Origin: Actinomycetota bacterium
Lineage (GTDB): Bacteria > Actinomycetota > Actinomycetes > Nanopelagicales > Nanopelagicaceae
Assembly (NCBI GenBank): GCA_026392845.1
Contig: JAPLBJ010000039.1
Location: 1,173-65,172, forward strand
Length of the DNA: 64,000 bases
Reading direction: 5' to 3'
Shown here one piece after another: positions 37,813-47,701 of this stretch. The position numbers and the translations under genes were made by a program. The notes below the pieces were generated by a model. That model made no database searches. It saw nothing but the letters and a program-made list of their open reading frames with translations, and had not been told where the DNA came from. Each line of letters begins with the position of its first letter. The first letter of the stretch is position 1.

Positions 37813-38505
37813 CTAGCGAAGGCTACGAAGGACCGCTGTAACTTTTCCTAGAATCTCGCAGTTATCACCATTGATTGGCGCGAAGTCATCATTTGCTGGC
37901 AGTAACCAGATGTGACCATCTTTGCGTGAGAAAGTTTTTACAGTTGCTTCGCCATCAATCATTGCAGCAACGATTTCGCCCTTGTTGCAATCTTTCTGCG
38001 CGCGAATAACAACAAAGTCACCATCGCATATTGCAGCATTGATCATTGAATCGCCGACAACTTTGAGCATAAACAATTCACCACTACCTACAAGGGATTC
38101 TGGCAGCGGATATGTCTCTTCAATTTCTTGCTCTGCAGTAATTGGTCCACCTGCTGCAATACGACCAACGAGTGGAATGTATTTAGTTGCATCTACCGGT
38201 GTTGAATTCTCTGCTGTTTTATCTCCTGGTAATAAAACTTCCAAGGCGCGACCACGTGTTGGATCGCGACGAATGAAACCTTTCTTCTCCAATATTTCTA
38301 ATTGGTATTTCACAGAGGCGGGGCTAGTAAGGCCAGCTGATGCACCGATTTCGCGCATGCTAGGTGGATAGCCATTGGTATCGACTGCCTCTTTGATAGC
38401 GGTGAGGATGGCGAGCTGACGCGGGGTCAGGCCATGGGCACCTTCAGGACCGTCGGGGAGTTGGGTGATCGAAGCGCCTGTAGCGGCGGAGTCTTTTTTA
38501 GCCAT
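37813..38505 (-). CDS. lexA: SOS repressor LexA
   Basis: wHTH ([28 protein letters not shown]), cleavage site region and S24 peptidase motifs ([11 protein letters not shown]...KTF). The ATG at 38505 is preferred because the longer ORF would swallow the promoter and SOS box. Confidence 0.9.
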   Translation of the reverse strand: MAKKDSAATGASITQLPDGPEGAHGLTPRQLAILTAIKEAVDTNGYPPSMREIGASAGLTSPASVKYQLEILEKKGFIRRDPTRGRALEVLLPGDKTAENSTPVDATKYIPLVGRIAAGGPITAEQEIEETYPLPESLVGSGELFMLKVVGDSMINAAICDGDFVVIRAQKDCNKGEIVAAMIDGEATVKTFSRKDGHIWLLPANDDFAPINGDNCEILGKVTAVLRSLR

Positions 38506-38536
38506 GGAAGAAGGGTAGGGCAGAATTGGAAATAAT

Positions 38537-38552
38537 TCAAACATATGTTCGA
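38537..38552. promoter_or_regulatory. SOS (Cheo-type) box, one mismatch: TCAAAC-ATAT-GTTCGA
   Basis: Matches the actinobacterial LexA site TCGAAC-N4-GTTCGA at 11 of 12 positions, 32 bp upstream of the lexA start. Confidence 0.65.
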
Positions 38553-38597
38553 ATTTCACTTGCTTTTTGTCAGTGGTGTGGTGTTTACTTAGGTATA

Positions 38598-38613
38598 TCG
38601 AACAAGTGTTCGA
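38598..38613. promoter_or_regulatory. SOS (Cheo-type) box, perfect: TCGAAC-AAGT-GTTCGA
   Basis: Perfect match to TCGAAC-N4-GTTCGA, 40 bp upstream of the divergent LysM gene. Confidence 0.75.
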
Positions 38614-38652
38614 ATACCTTCCCCAAGGTAGTACCAGCAGGAGATAAAGACC

Positions 38653-39006
38653 ATGAGTGCAATAACCCTTACAAATCAAGGTTTTTCAGCTACTTCGATC
38701 AATCCGTCTGCAAGTCATCTGACTCGCCGAGGTCGTCTAGCGCGCACCCTCGTGGTTTTATCCCTGTCTGTTCTTATGGCCTCTGGCTTTGCCATGAAGG
38801 CAGGAGCAGGCAGTGTTGAAAATCCAGCAGGTCCAGCTCACTTCATAACCGTCGTTGTTGCGCCAGGGGAGAGCCTTTGGACTCTTGCTAGCGCGCTCGC
38901 CGATGGCGGCGATGTTCGCGCTTTGGTCAATGAGATCGTGACTGTAAATTCCTTGGAGAGCGTTGATGTGCAAGCAGGGGTAAGGCTTCGAATTCCCGTC
39001 AAATAA
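38653..39006 (+). CDS. LysM-domain membrane protein (ChiZ/Rv2719c-like position)
   Basis: TM segment [19 protein letters not shown] and C-terminal LysM ([15 protein letters not shown]....VNSL....[10 protein letters not shown]). Divergent from lexA and upstream of nrdR, as in mycobacteria. Confidence 0.7.
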   Translation: MSAITLTNQGFSATSINPSASHLTRRGRLARTLVVLSLSVLMASGFAMKAGAGSVENPAGPAHFITVVVAPGESLWTLASALADGGDVRALVNEIVTVNSLESVDVQAGVRLRIPVK

Positions 39007-39092
39007 ATTTGAGTAGCTAGTTACGACACGACACGCGAAGAAAGTTCTACTCGCCGCCTCCCAAAAAACCCTCAAGACTTGCTTTATGGTTT

Positions 39093-39108
39093 CCACTATA
39101 TGTAGGGG
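39093..39108. promoter_or_regulatory. Candidate NrdR box CCACTATATGTAGGGG
   Basis: 12 of 16 positions are self-complementary and resemble the NrdR-box consensus acaCwAtATaTwGtgt. A weaker second candidate lies at 39177-39192 (CTACATCTAATTGTGA). Confidence 0.4.
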
Positions 39109-39226
39109 TCAAACCGTGATAAAGTTCCATAAGTAGTGAAAAAAGCGCTACTGATGGGTTTTTACACAAAGGCTCTCTACATCTAATTGTGAAAATACTG
39201 AGTATTTCGAAAGGAGACACGCCGAG

Positions 39227-39760
39227 ATGATTTGCCCGTTCTGCCGACATGATGATTCACGCGTCGTCGACTCTCGCCCGGTCGAAGATGGCACACAGAT
39301 CCGCCGTCGCCGTGAATGCCCGGAATGTGGCCAACGTTTTTCAACTCAAGAAGTAGCTCTGCTCAACATCATCAAACGAAGTGGGGCAACTGAGCCATTT
39401 AGCCGCGAGAAGGTCTTGGTTGGTGTGCGCAAAGCATGCCAGGGACGCCCGGTTGATGAAGATGATCTTGTTCTATTGGCACAACGAGTTGAAGAGACTC
39501 TTCGCGCCACAGGTCAAGCCGAGATCGAAGCACAAGAAGTTGGAATGGCAATCCTTGCGCCACTCCGAGATCTCGATGAGGTCGCTTACTTACGTTATGC
39601 CTCTGTATACCGTAACTTTGCCTCCCTTGAAGATTTCGAAGGCGAGATCGCTTTACTGCGAGCTCTGCCTTCGAGTAATTCCTCAGCAAGTCAAAGCAAT
39701 TCCCCAGTACGAAATGTAGTAAGTAATACACACATGCAAAAAATTAAGAGCAACAACTAA
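39227..39760 (+). CDS. nrdR: Transcriptional repressor NrdR (zinc ribbon + ATP-cone)
   Basis: MICPFC...[10 protein letters not shown] zinc ribbon and ATP-cone (KRSG..EPFSREK...[11 protein letters not shown]). Confidence 0.9.
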   Translation: MICPFCRHDDSRVVDSRPVEDGTQIRRRRECPECGQRFSTQEVALLNIIKRSGATEPFSREKVLVGVRKACQGRPVDEDDLVLLAQRVEETLRATGQAEIEAQEVGMAILAPLRDLDEVAYLRYASVYRNFASLEDFEGEIALLRALPSSNSSASQSNSPVRNVVSNTHMQKIKSNN

Positions 39761-39779
39761 AGAAATAGGGGAAACACAT

Positions 39780-42608
39780 ATGTCAGAGACGGTTATTAAC
39801 CGACCAGTCAAAGTCAAAGCTCATAACACGATTAAGGGCAAAGGCTTAACTATTAGTCGCATCTATACAACACCAGGAGTGCACCCTTATGACCAAGTCA
39901 CATGGGAGCGTCGCGATGTTGTACAGAGCAACTGGAAAACCGGTGAGACTGTTTTTGAACAGCGCGGAGTGGAGTTTGCAGATTTCTGGTCTGTCAATGC
40001 TTCGATGATTGTTACAACAAAGTACTTCCGTGGCGCAGTAGGTCACGAAAATCGCGAATGGTCACTCAAGCAAGTTATCGACCGCGTTGTACTCACATAT
40101 ACAAAGGCCGGTAAAGAGCACGGATATTTCGCAACAGATAATGATGCAGAAATTTTCGAACATGAACTTACATACATGTTGCTCCATCAAATATTTGCAT
40201 ACAACTCACCAGTGTGGTTCAACGTAGGAACAGCATCACCACAGCAAGTGAGTGCGTGCTTCATTCTCTCTGTTGAAGACACTATGGATAGCATTCTTAA
40301 CTGGTATCGCGAAGAAGGAATGATCTTCAAGGGCGGATCCGGTGCGGGACTCAACCTTTCACGTATTCGTTCATCAAAGGAACTTCTAAAATCAGGTGGA
40401 ACTGCATCTGGTCCAGTCTCATTTATGCGCGGTGCTGATGCATCTGCTGGAACAATCAAATCAGGTGGCGCTACACGTCGCGCTGCAAAGATGGTTGTTC
40501 TCGATGTTGCTCACCCAGATATTGAAGAATTTATCGAGACAAAGGTCAATGAAGAGAACAAGATTCGCGCACTTCGTGATGCAGGATTCGATATGGATCT
40601 TGGTGGAAAAGACATTATTTCTGTCCAATATCAGAACGCTAATAACTCAGTTCGCGTATCAGATGAATTTATGCGCGCTGTAGAAAAGGGCGATTCATTC
40701 GGTCTTACTGCTCGCTCAACAGGTGAAGTTATTGAAAATGTTGATGCTCGCACACTATTTACCAAGATGGCACAAGCTGCATGGGCATGCGCCGATCCAG
40801 GAATTCAATATGACGACACAATCAATGATTGGCACACAAACCCAGAGACGGGTCGCATCAATGCGTCTAATCCTTGCTCTGAGTACATGTCACTTGATAA
40901 CTCATCATGTAACTTGGCATCACTGAACTTGATGAAGTTCCTCAAGGCGGATGGTTCATTTGATGCAAAGACATTCGGTAAAGCATGCGAACTCATCATC
41001 ACTTCAATGGATATCTCAATCTGCTTTGCAGATTTCCCAACTGAGGCAATTGGCGATACAACAAAGGCTTATCGCCAACTTGGTATCGGTTATGCAAACC
41101 TCGGAGCACTTCTTATGGCTTCAGGACTTGCATACGATTCAGAGGGTGGTCGCGCACTAGCTGGTGCAATCACATCATTGATGACAGGTATTACTTACAA
41201 GCGCTCAGCAGAACTTGCTGGAATCGTTGGTCCATATGCTGGCTTTGCACAGAATGCAACGCCACATGCACGCGTTATGCGCAAGCATGCAGCAGCATCA
41301 TCTGCTGCAAAGTCAGAGACAACACTTGATCGCGATGTCTGGGCAGAGGCTAATAAGGCTTGGGATTCATGTCTTTCAACAGGAGATAAGAATGGATGGC
41401 GCAATGCGCAAATTTCTGTTCTTGCTCCAACTGGAACAATTGGTTTGATGATGGATTGCGATACAACAGGTATCGAGCCTGACTTCTCACTAGTGAAGTT
41501 CAAGAAGCTTGTTGGCGGCGGTTCAATGCAGATCGTGAACCAGACAGTTCCTGCAGCACTTCGCAAACTTGGTTATACAGAAGAGACAATCGAAGCAATT
41601 GTTGAGTTCATTGCAGCTAATGGCCATGTCATTGATGCACCAGGGCTCAAGCAAGAGCACTACGACGTCTTCGATTGCGCACTTGGCGCACGATCAATTG
41701 CGGCAATGGGCCACGTTCGAATGATGGCTGCATGCCAATCATTCCTATCTGGTGCAATCTCAAAGACTGTGAACCTTCCAGAAGATGCAACAGTTGAAGA
41801 GGTTGAAGATGTTTACTTCCAAGCATGGAAGATGGGCGTCAAGGCACTCGCTGTCTATCGCGATAATTGCAAAGTTGGACAACCACTCTCTGACGGAAAA
41901 GCAAAGGCGAAAGATGTAGAAGTTGAGGCAACTCATCCAACTGCAGCAGTTCGCAAGCGTCTTCCAAAGTCACGCCCATCAACAACAACTTCATTTGCTG
42001 TTGGCGGCGCAGAGGGTTACATGACATCAGGTGCTTATGCTGATGGCGCACTCGGTGAGGTATTCCTCAAGCTCGGTAAGCAAGGATCAACTCTTGCCGG
42101 CGTAATGGATGCATTCTCAATCGCGGTATCAATTGGTCTTCAATATGGTGTTCCACTAGAAACATTTGTTGAGAAGTTCACGAACTTGCGCTTTGAGCCA
42201 GCAGGTATGACAGATGATGCAGATATTCGTATGGCACAGTCGATGATGGATTACATCTTCCGTCGCCTAGCACTTGATTACCTGCCATTTGAATCACGCA
42301 GTGCAATGGGCTTGTACACATCAGCAGAGCGCACACGTGCACTCGAAACTGGTGAATACACACCTGATATCACTGCAGCAACTGAAACGATTGCACAATC
42401 AGCAGCACCTGCTGTTGTCAGCAAGCCAGTTGAGGTAAAGATCGAAGTTGCACCAAAGCAAGAGTACGGATCATCTACTGAACTTCTTGAAGCAATTTCA
42501 GGAATCACATCTGATGCCCCACTCTGTATGACATGTGGCGTGAAGACGCGTATGTCAGGTGCTTGTTATGTTTGCGAAGGTTGTGGAAACACATCTGGTT
42601 GCAGCTAA
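39780..42608 (+). CDS. nrdJ: Class II (adenosylcobalamin-dependent) ribonucleotide reductase
   Basis: 942 aa. Motifs VSACFIL, GGSGAGLNLSRIR, NPCSEY, TGIEPDF, ISKTVNLP, with a C-terminal Cys cluster CMTCG..CYVCEGCG. 19 nt downstream of nrdR. Confidence 0.9.
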   Translation: MSETVINRPVKVKAHNTIKGKGLTISRIYTTPGVHPYDQVTWERRDVVQSNWKTGETVFEQRGVEFADFWSVNASMIVTTKYFRGAVGHENREWSLKQVIDRVVLTYTKAGKEHGYFATDNDAEIFEHELTYMLLHQIFAYNSPVWFNVGTASPQQVSACFILSVEDTMDSILNWYREEGMIFKGGSGAGLNLSRIRSSKELLKSGGTASGPVSFMRGADASAGTIKSGGATRRAAKMVVLDVAHPDIEEFIETKVNEENKIRALRDAGFDMDLGGKDIISVQYQNANNSVRVSDEFMRAVEKGDSFGLTARSTGEVIENVDARTLFTKMAQAAWACADPGIQYDDTINDWHTNPETGRINASNPCSEYMSLDNSSCNLASLNLMKFLKADGSFDAKTFGKACELIITSMDISICFADFPTEAIGDTTKAYRQLGIGYANLGALLMASGLAYDSEGGRALAGAITSLMTGITYKRSAELAGIVGPYAGFAQNATPHARVMRKHAAASSAAKSETTLDRDVWAEANKAWDSCLSTGDKNGWRNAQISVLAPTGTIGLMMDCDTTGIEPDFSLVKFKKLVGGGSMQIVNQTVPAALRKLGYTEETIEAIVEFIAANGHVIDAPGLKQEHYDVFDCALGARSIAAMGHVRMMAACQSFLSGAISKTVNLPEDATVEEVEDVYFQAWKMGVKALAVYRDNCKVGQPLSDGKAKAKDVEVEATHPTAAVRKRLPKSRPSTTTSFAVGGAEGYMTSGAYADGALGEVFLKLGKQGSTLAGVMDAFSIAVSIGLQYGVPLETFVEKFTNLRFEPAGMTDDADIRMAQSMMDYIFRRLALDYLPFESRSAMGLYTSAERTRALETGEYTPDITAATETIAQSAAPAVVSKPVEVKIEVAPKQEYGSSTELLEAISGITSDAPLCMTCGVKTRMSGACYVCEGCGNTSGCS

Positions 42609-42618
42609 AAAGTAATTA

Positions 42619-42655
42619 GGAAAACCCGCTAATCCCAGTGATTAGCGGGTTTTTC
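42619..42655 (+). terminator. Intrinsic terminator after nrdJ
   Basis: AAAACCCGCTAATC-ccagt-GATTAGCGGGTTTT followed by TC; 14-bp perfect stem plus U-tract. Confidence 0.75.
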
Positions 42656-42673
42656 CTGTGCAAAGATAGAACC

Positions 42674-43729
42674 ATGGCCCGCATCGTTATCGCACCTGAT
42701 TCCTTCAAGGGTTCGATATCGAGTAGTGATGCAGCACATGCGATTGCACAAGGGTGGTTATCAATTCGCCCATCGGATGAAGTTATCGAAATTCCATTTG
42801 CCGATGGCGGCGAAGGAAGTTTGGATGCAATTGAGAAATCTCGCCCCGATTCAATTCGTGTACAAGCAGGTAACGGGTATTGGCTCTATCTGCCTGAAGG
42901 TGTTGCAGTTGTAGAGCTGGCACAGGTGAGTGGAATTACTTTGCTAAAGACTCTAGATCCCAAGAATGCACATACATATGAATTGGGAATCTTGCTAGCA
43001 CACGCTGCGCAAGATACTCGTGTTACTAAAATTTTTGTAGCCCTCGGTGGATCTGCAAGTACCGACGGCGGAGTTGGCGCACTCATGGCCCTTGGATATC
43101 GATTCCTAGATAAAGATGGAAATGAGATTGGCAAAGGCGGGGGAGAACTTTTACGTCTTGCATCTATCGAGTCATCGAATGCAATAAAGCCTCCTGCACA
43201 AGGTGTTGTTGCACTCGTCGATGTCCAGTCACCACTCCTTGGCGCACATGGCGCAGCAGCAACGTATGCGCCGCAAAAAGGTGCGACACCGCAACAAATT
43301 GTTGAACTCGAAAAAGGTTTATCTCATCTTTTATCAATTGTTGGTCGCGCAGATAGTTCCGGCAGTGGGGCAGCAGGTGGTACATCTTTTGGCCTACGAG
43401 CGATATGGGGCGCAACTTTTGAAAGCGGGGCAGAGGCGATAGCGAGAATCATTTCATTGCGTGAAGCAATAGCAGGAGCTGATCTTGTTATAACTGGTGA
43501 AGGTCGATTAGATGAACAAAGTTTTGTTGGAAAAGGTGTTGGTTATATTCGCGAATTAGCACAGAAGAATTCAGTCGCTATTGCTTATTGCGTTGGTGCT
43601 CGAAAAGTTGAATATCCTGATGGATCTCAAGGTGTAACACTCAGCGAACTAGTTAGTAGCGAAGACGCAATTTCTCACCCTGATATCTACTTGAAAAAAG
43701 CTGGAGAAAAACTCGCCGAACAGTTCTAA
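42674..43729 (+). CDS. Glycerate kinase
   Basis: IAPDSFKGS N-terminus, GGSASTDGG, ITGEGRLDEQS motifs. The ATG at 42674 is chosen because the ORF start at 42638 lies inside the terminator hairpin. Confidence 0.8.
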   Translation: MARIVIAPDSFKGSISSSDAAHAIAQGWLSIRPSDEVIEIPFADGGEGSLDAIEKSRPDSIRVQAGNGYWLYLPEGVAVVELAQVSGITLLKTLDPKNAHTYELGILLAHAAQDTRVTKIFVALGGSASTDGGVGALMALGYRFLDKDGNEIGKGGGELLRLASIESSNAIKPPAQGVVALVDVQSPLLGAHGAAATYAPQKGATPQQIVELEKGLSHLLSIVGRADSSGSGAAGGTSFGLRAIWGATFESGAEAIARIISLREAIAGADLVITGEGRLDEQSFVGKGVGYIRELAQKNSVAIAYCVGARKVEYPDGSQGVTLSELVSSEDAISHPDIYLKKAGEKLAEQF

Positions 43730-43770
43730 TGGCCTATAGGATTTAGCTCTATCTCTAGGAGATTTCAGTA

Positions 43771-44904
43771 ATGAATCAGGCACCTGTATTGCCGTATGCC
43801 AATCGTTTGATTGCATTGCACGGAATGATGGGTTTTACTCAGTACGCAATTGGTTTTTCGATTCCACTTCTCAAACGCGATCTTGGAATATCCCGAGTTT
43901 TGGCATCAATACATAACATTGGATGGGCACTCGCTGTAATCACTCTTTCAATAGTCATCCCGAGACATATTCATAAGTACCCACCACATCGACTTCTGCG
44001 CCTTGGTTGGGCTCTCACAATTATTGGAATATTTGGATACTGCTTAGGTCGCTCGCTGTGGATTACAGTCCCATCTTTTACTTTATCTGCTATCGGTGCA
44101 ACTATTTTTAACAATACCAATGCAGCGACTCTTGGTTCACATTCAGGTACTGCAGTAAAGATGATGCTTCGTACTGTTGGGATAAGTGGCCTATTTGGAG
44201 CAATCTCACCAACCATTATTGGGATTTTTACACGTGGTGGCGTGGAATGGCGTTACACAATCATGGTCGCGGCAGTAATTCTTGGTAGCGCCGCATTATT
44301 GATGGTTCCACAGATTGAAATGAGAGATTCCTCCAGTGGGCATAGTAAGAAAATAATTTGGGATAAGAGTTTTTTGATATTGGTATTTTTTGGCTTCTTG
44401 ACTATTTGGCTCGAGACAGGAACTACAACCTGGTCTTTAGATTTACTCGTTGATAGAGGAATGACGCTACGTAACGCGGTTCTGATTGTGACTGCTATTG
44501 GCTATTTTATTTCCCTTAGCCGAATAGCCTTTTCGTTTATGTCGAGGATAACTACAAACTTTATGTGGATATTTTCGACTGCATTTATGACAATTGGTTT
44601 GGTAATGATAATTGTGACAAGAACTCCAACACTCACATTTGTAGGTCTACTCATTGCGGGCTTTGGTCTTGGTCCCCTCAATGCAATTGCACTTGCACGC
44701 TCAGCTGCAAGTGAGCAAGGACCTGATGCAGGAATCGCATCCTTTGCTATCGGAATGGGCCCAGCACTTGGAATCGCCCCTTGGATAATGGGATGGATGA
44801 GCGAGTCAATTGGTTTTGAATGGGCTTACGGATTTATCCTTATCGTCTTGGCCTTATCAAGTTATATCTATATTTACGTCGATAAGAATGTGGTGAAGAG
44901 ATGA
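43771..44904 (+). CDS. MFS-type transporter
   Basis: 377 aa, about 11-12 hydrophobic helices, no other motif recognised. Confidence 0.6.
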   Translation: MNQAPVLPYANRLIALHGMMGFTQYAIGFSIPLLKRDLGISRVLASIHNIGWALAVITLSIVIPRHIHKYPPHRLLRLGWALTIIGIFGYCLGRSLWITVPSFTLSAIGATIFNNTNAATLGSHSGTAVKMMLRTVGISGLFGAISPTIIGIFTRGGVEWRYTIMVAAVILGSAALLMVPQIEMRDSSSGHSKKIIWDKSFLILVFFGFLTIWLETGTTTWSLDLLVDRGMTLRNAVLIVTAIGYFISLSRIAFSFMSRITTNFMWIFSTAFMTIGLVMIIVTRTPTLTFVGLLIAGFGLGPLNAIALARSAASEQGPDAGIASFAIGMGPALGIAPWIMGWMSESIGFEWAYGFILIVLALSSYIYIYVDKNVVKR

Positions 44905-45797
44905 TCTGGACGCAATGGAGTGATTTAGCTATTCCTGCTGGCTTGGAACACCTTCCTACAAATGGAATCCATCCAACCCCTGATCAATTAGAAAAAATCA
45001 CTTTCTATGTCCCTCTTTATATGGGCGGCAAAGCAGCAATCGAACAGATCCCATTGATGAAGAATTTGCAGGTGGTGCAATCACCTAATGCTGGATTTGA
45101 TGATGTATTACAAGTTCTCCCAGAAGGTGTAACTCTGTGTAATGCCTCCGGTGTTCATGATGCTTCTACCGCTGAACTTGCAGTGGGACTAACAATTGCC
45201 GCACGTCGAGGATTTGCAGCCTTTGCATCGAATAAGGAAAAAGGTAAATGGGTTCATACTCGCAATACAGCACTTGCTGACTCAAGGGTCGGAATAGTTG
45301 GCTATGGAAATATCGGTGCTCTAATTGCTAAACAACTCTCTAATTTTAGTGTTGAAGTCATTCCATTTACGCGCTCTGGGGCAAATGGTTCAAAGAAGAT
45401 GAGCGAATTTGATTCACTTTTGCCAACACTGGATGTCATCATTTTGATAGTGCCACTCACTGATCAGACTCGTCATCTTATGAATTCAAAGCGTTTATCT
45501 TCTATGAAAGATGGAGCAACGCTAATCAATGTTGCACGCGGGGCAGTAGTCGATACAGATGCGCTGGTCAAAGAATTACATACTGGCCGAATCACTGCGG
45601 GCTTAGATGTAACAGATCCTGAACCACTACCTGATGGCCATGCACTGTGGAGTGCCCCAAATGTTGTTATCTCTCCACACGTTGGCGGAGATACGACAGC
45701 ATTTGAACCACGAGGAAGAGCTCTTGTTGAATCTCAACTCAAAAGATTTGCAGAAGGAAGCCCGCTCATCAATTGTGTTGCCGGACCTGCTCGCTAA
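44901..45797 (+). CDS. D-isomer-specific 2-hydroxyacid dehydrogenase family protein
   Basis: NAD fold GIVGYGNIGALIAKQL, the catalytic-region pattern LINVARG..VD and ISPHVGG. Confidence 0.75.
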   Translation: MIWTQWSDLAIPAGLEHLPTNGIHPTPDQLEKITFYVPLYMGGKAAIEQIPLMKNLQVVQSPNAGFDDVLQVLPEGVTLCNASGVHDASTAELAVGLTIAARRGFAAFASNKEKGKWVHTRNTALADSRVGIVGYGNIGALIAKQLSNFSVEVIPFTRSGANGSKKMSEFDSLLPTLDVIILIVPLTDQTRHLMNSKRLSSMKDGATLINVARGAVVDTDALVKELHTGRITAGLDVTDPEPLPDGHALWSAPNVVISPHVGGDTTAFEPRGRALVESQLKRFAEGSPLINCVAGPAR

Positions 45798-45800
45798 AAC

Positions 45801-46916
45801 TTAGAGAATTTCGACAGTGTGCTTGTCGATGAAGTCCCAGTCATATTCAATGCAGAGACCTTCACCAACGGGTGCCATCACATATCCATCAACAATATTG
45901 AGTTTGCTCTTAGTGCCAAATTCAAAGTCATCAAATGGATATAGAGTTTCAAAGAATTCGCAGTTGACCATAGCAAGTGATGGATGTAGCTGAACTTGCT
46001 CTAGGCCATGATAAATAGTGGTGTGAAGTTCGCACTGAACACCATGAGCCTCAGCTAAGTGTGCTGTCTTCATAACGGCGGTAATTCCTCCGCGCCATGA
46101 AACATCTGTGCGAACAATGTCTACGATTCCTTCGGTGATGCAATGAGCGACGCTGTAATGATTACCAGCGATGACTTCAGTGCCACAGATTGGAATATCT
46201 AATTTTTCTCGCAGTTTTTTGAGCCCGTTGAGATTGACATCGAGTAGTGGCTCTTCAAGCCACTTATAACCAAGGCGTTCAAGTTCGCGTCCGGCCTTCA
46301 ATGCATCTTCATACGAAGCCATAATCACGGGATCGGCCATCAAAGTGAAATCATCACCAACTGCTTCGCGCACTGCGCGATAGCAAGCAATATCTAGATC
46401 CAAGCCTCCTGGTGGGTGAAGTTTGTAGCCTCGATAACCCTTTGCTTTAACTTCAAGGGCTTGCTTTGCATAATCTTCAGGACCAGGTAAAAACATTGAA
46501 GAGACGTAAAGAGGAACTTTTTCACGAGCAGCGCCGAGTAATTTATAAACAGGTTGGTGAGCCATCTTTCCTACAATGTCCCAACATGCGTTATCAAATG
46601 GCGCGTATGAATAAATTGGAACGTGATTCCATCGGCGATCAAAGAGTTCGAAATCCTTCATATTCTTTGCTGCATCATGTGGACTGCGACCAATAAAGAA
46701 TGGCTTTACTTGAGACATTGTGGCGGCAGCAGCTTTTGCATCGAGTGCTCCAAAACCAAATGAAGTTCCTTTGACTCCATCAGATGTCGTCAGAGTGATT
46801 ACGGTGAAATCAGGACGTGAGCCACCTGGGAGTTGCACGGCACTGACTGCATCGAGTGTGTTGAGTGCATCGCCGCCACGGCAAGCACGGACTTCGATAT
46901 CTGTTATTACGCTCAT
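45801..46916 (-). CDS. Enolase-superfamily (mandelate racemase/muconate lactonising) enzyme, unknown sugar-acid dehydratase
   Basis: MR-like barrel with candidate metal ligands in LMADP / WLEEP / CGTEV; last gene of the fuconate-dehydratase operon. Confidence 0.7.
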   Translation of the reverse strand: MSVITDIEVRACRGGDALNTLDAVSAVQLPGGSRPDFTVITLTTSDGVKGTSFGFGALDAKAAAATMSQVKPFFIGRSPHDAAKNMKDFELFDRRWNHVPIYSYAPFDNACWDIVGKMAHQPVYKLLGAAREKVPLYVSSMFLPGPEDYAKQALEVKAKGYRGYKLHPPGGLDLDIACYRAVREAVGDDFTLMADPVIMASYEDALKAGRELERLGYKWLEEPLLDVNLNGLKKLREKLDIPICGTEVIAGNHYSVAHCITEGIVDIVRTDVSWRGGITAVMKTAHLAEAHGVQCELHTTIYHGLEQVQLHPSLAMVNCEFFETLYPFDDFEFGTKSKLNIVDGYVMAPVGEGLCIEYDWDFIDKHTVEIL

Positions 46917-47674
46917 TTATTTAGCACCTTTGCTGCTGGAGAGAATCGGTCTAGTGAAGATTGAATATGTTTTTGCATTGCTGTCTTTGCTCCCTTGTCA
47001 TCACCTGTACATATTGCGCTACTAATTGCCTCATGTTCTTTGATTGTGAGTTGGCCAGAGCCAGTTTGGTAGTAACGATAGAAAAGATCTTCAACGAATT
47101 TATCCTTAGGCTTATCATCAATGAGGCGACTTTGCGCAGCAAGGAAAAGTCGAAATAAGTGCAAGTGGCAGTGTGTTCGCTCAAATGCTTCAGTGACTGA
47201 TTCATTTCCAGAGATACGAGTAATGAGAGAGTGAAAGCGCGCATCATGTTCGATAAATGCCTGTACTTGTTCACTCTCGCTGAGTTTGAGGGCGGTCTTC
47301 GCGCTTTGCATCTCTGCTTTGAGCGCGGCAATTCCAACAGCATTAATATTCTGCGCTGATTGCTCTGCAGCCCAAGGCTCAATTAGTAAGCGAAATTGAA
47401 AGAGATCATTGAATTGTTTTACAGTGAGTAAATTAGTTGTCGAATATCCTTTGAGTGCTTCTTTTGCAATCAGGCCATCAGATTCTAAACGCGCTAGCGC
47501 TTCGCGAATAGGAGTTTGAGAGACACCTAATTTCAATGCAAGTGCATCAATGTTTACTTTTGCACCCGGTGCAATTTCATGAGTAAGAATCATTGCTTTG
47601 ACCATGTCGTACGTTTCATCAGAGAGAACAGAGCGCCTTGGACCTGTAGCAACAGGTTGAACTTTGCGTGGCAT
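46913..47674 (-). CDS. GntR-family (FadR/FCD-type) transcriptional regulator
   Basis: wHTH (APGAKVNIDALALKLGVSQTPIREALARLESDGLI) plus an all-helical FCD-like C-terminal domain. Confidence 0.8.
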   Translation of the reverse strand: MPRKVQPVATGPRRSVLSDETYDMVKAMILTHEIAPGAKVNIDALALKLGVSQTPIREALARLESDGLIAKEALKGYSTTNLLTVKQFNDLFQFRLLIEPWAAEQSAQNINAVGIAALKAEMQSAKTALKLSESEQVQAFIEHDARFHSLITRISGNESVTEAFERTHCHLHLFRLFLAAQSRLIDDKPKDKFVEDLFYRYYQTGSGQLTIKEHEAISSAICTGDDKGAKTAMQKHIQSSLDRFSPAAKVLNK

Positions 47675-47701
47675 GAGCTTCTCTCGAATTAGTTAGGGGA
47701 A

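Noticed and set aside
38526-39096. ORFs 38526-38819 (+) and 38758-39096 (-) around the lexA/LysM region
   Set aside because: They overlap the SOS-box promoter region and the LysM gene. The LysM frame (38653-39006) has a TM segment plus LysM motif and conserved synteny, and these ORFs have none of that.
39007-39779. Possible cobalamin riboswitch controlling nrdJ
   Set aside because: The nrdR-nrdJ gap is only 19 nt, and I could not find a B12-box-like element in the 220-bp nrdR leader. Class II RNR genes are typically NrdR-regulated, not riboswitch-regulated.
42638-42673. Upstream start (42638) for the glycerate kinase ORF
   Set aside because: Those codons are the descending arm of the nrdJ terminator hairpin. 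The ATG at 42674 gives the canonical MARIVIAPDSFKGS N-terminus.
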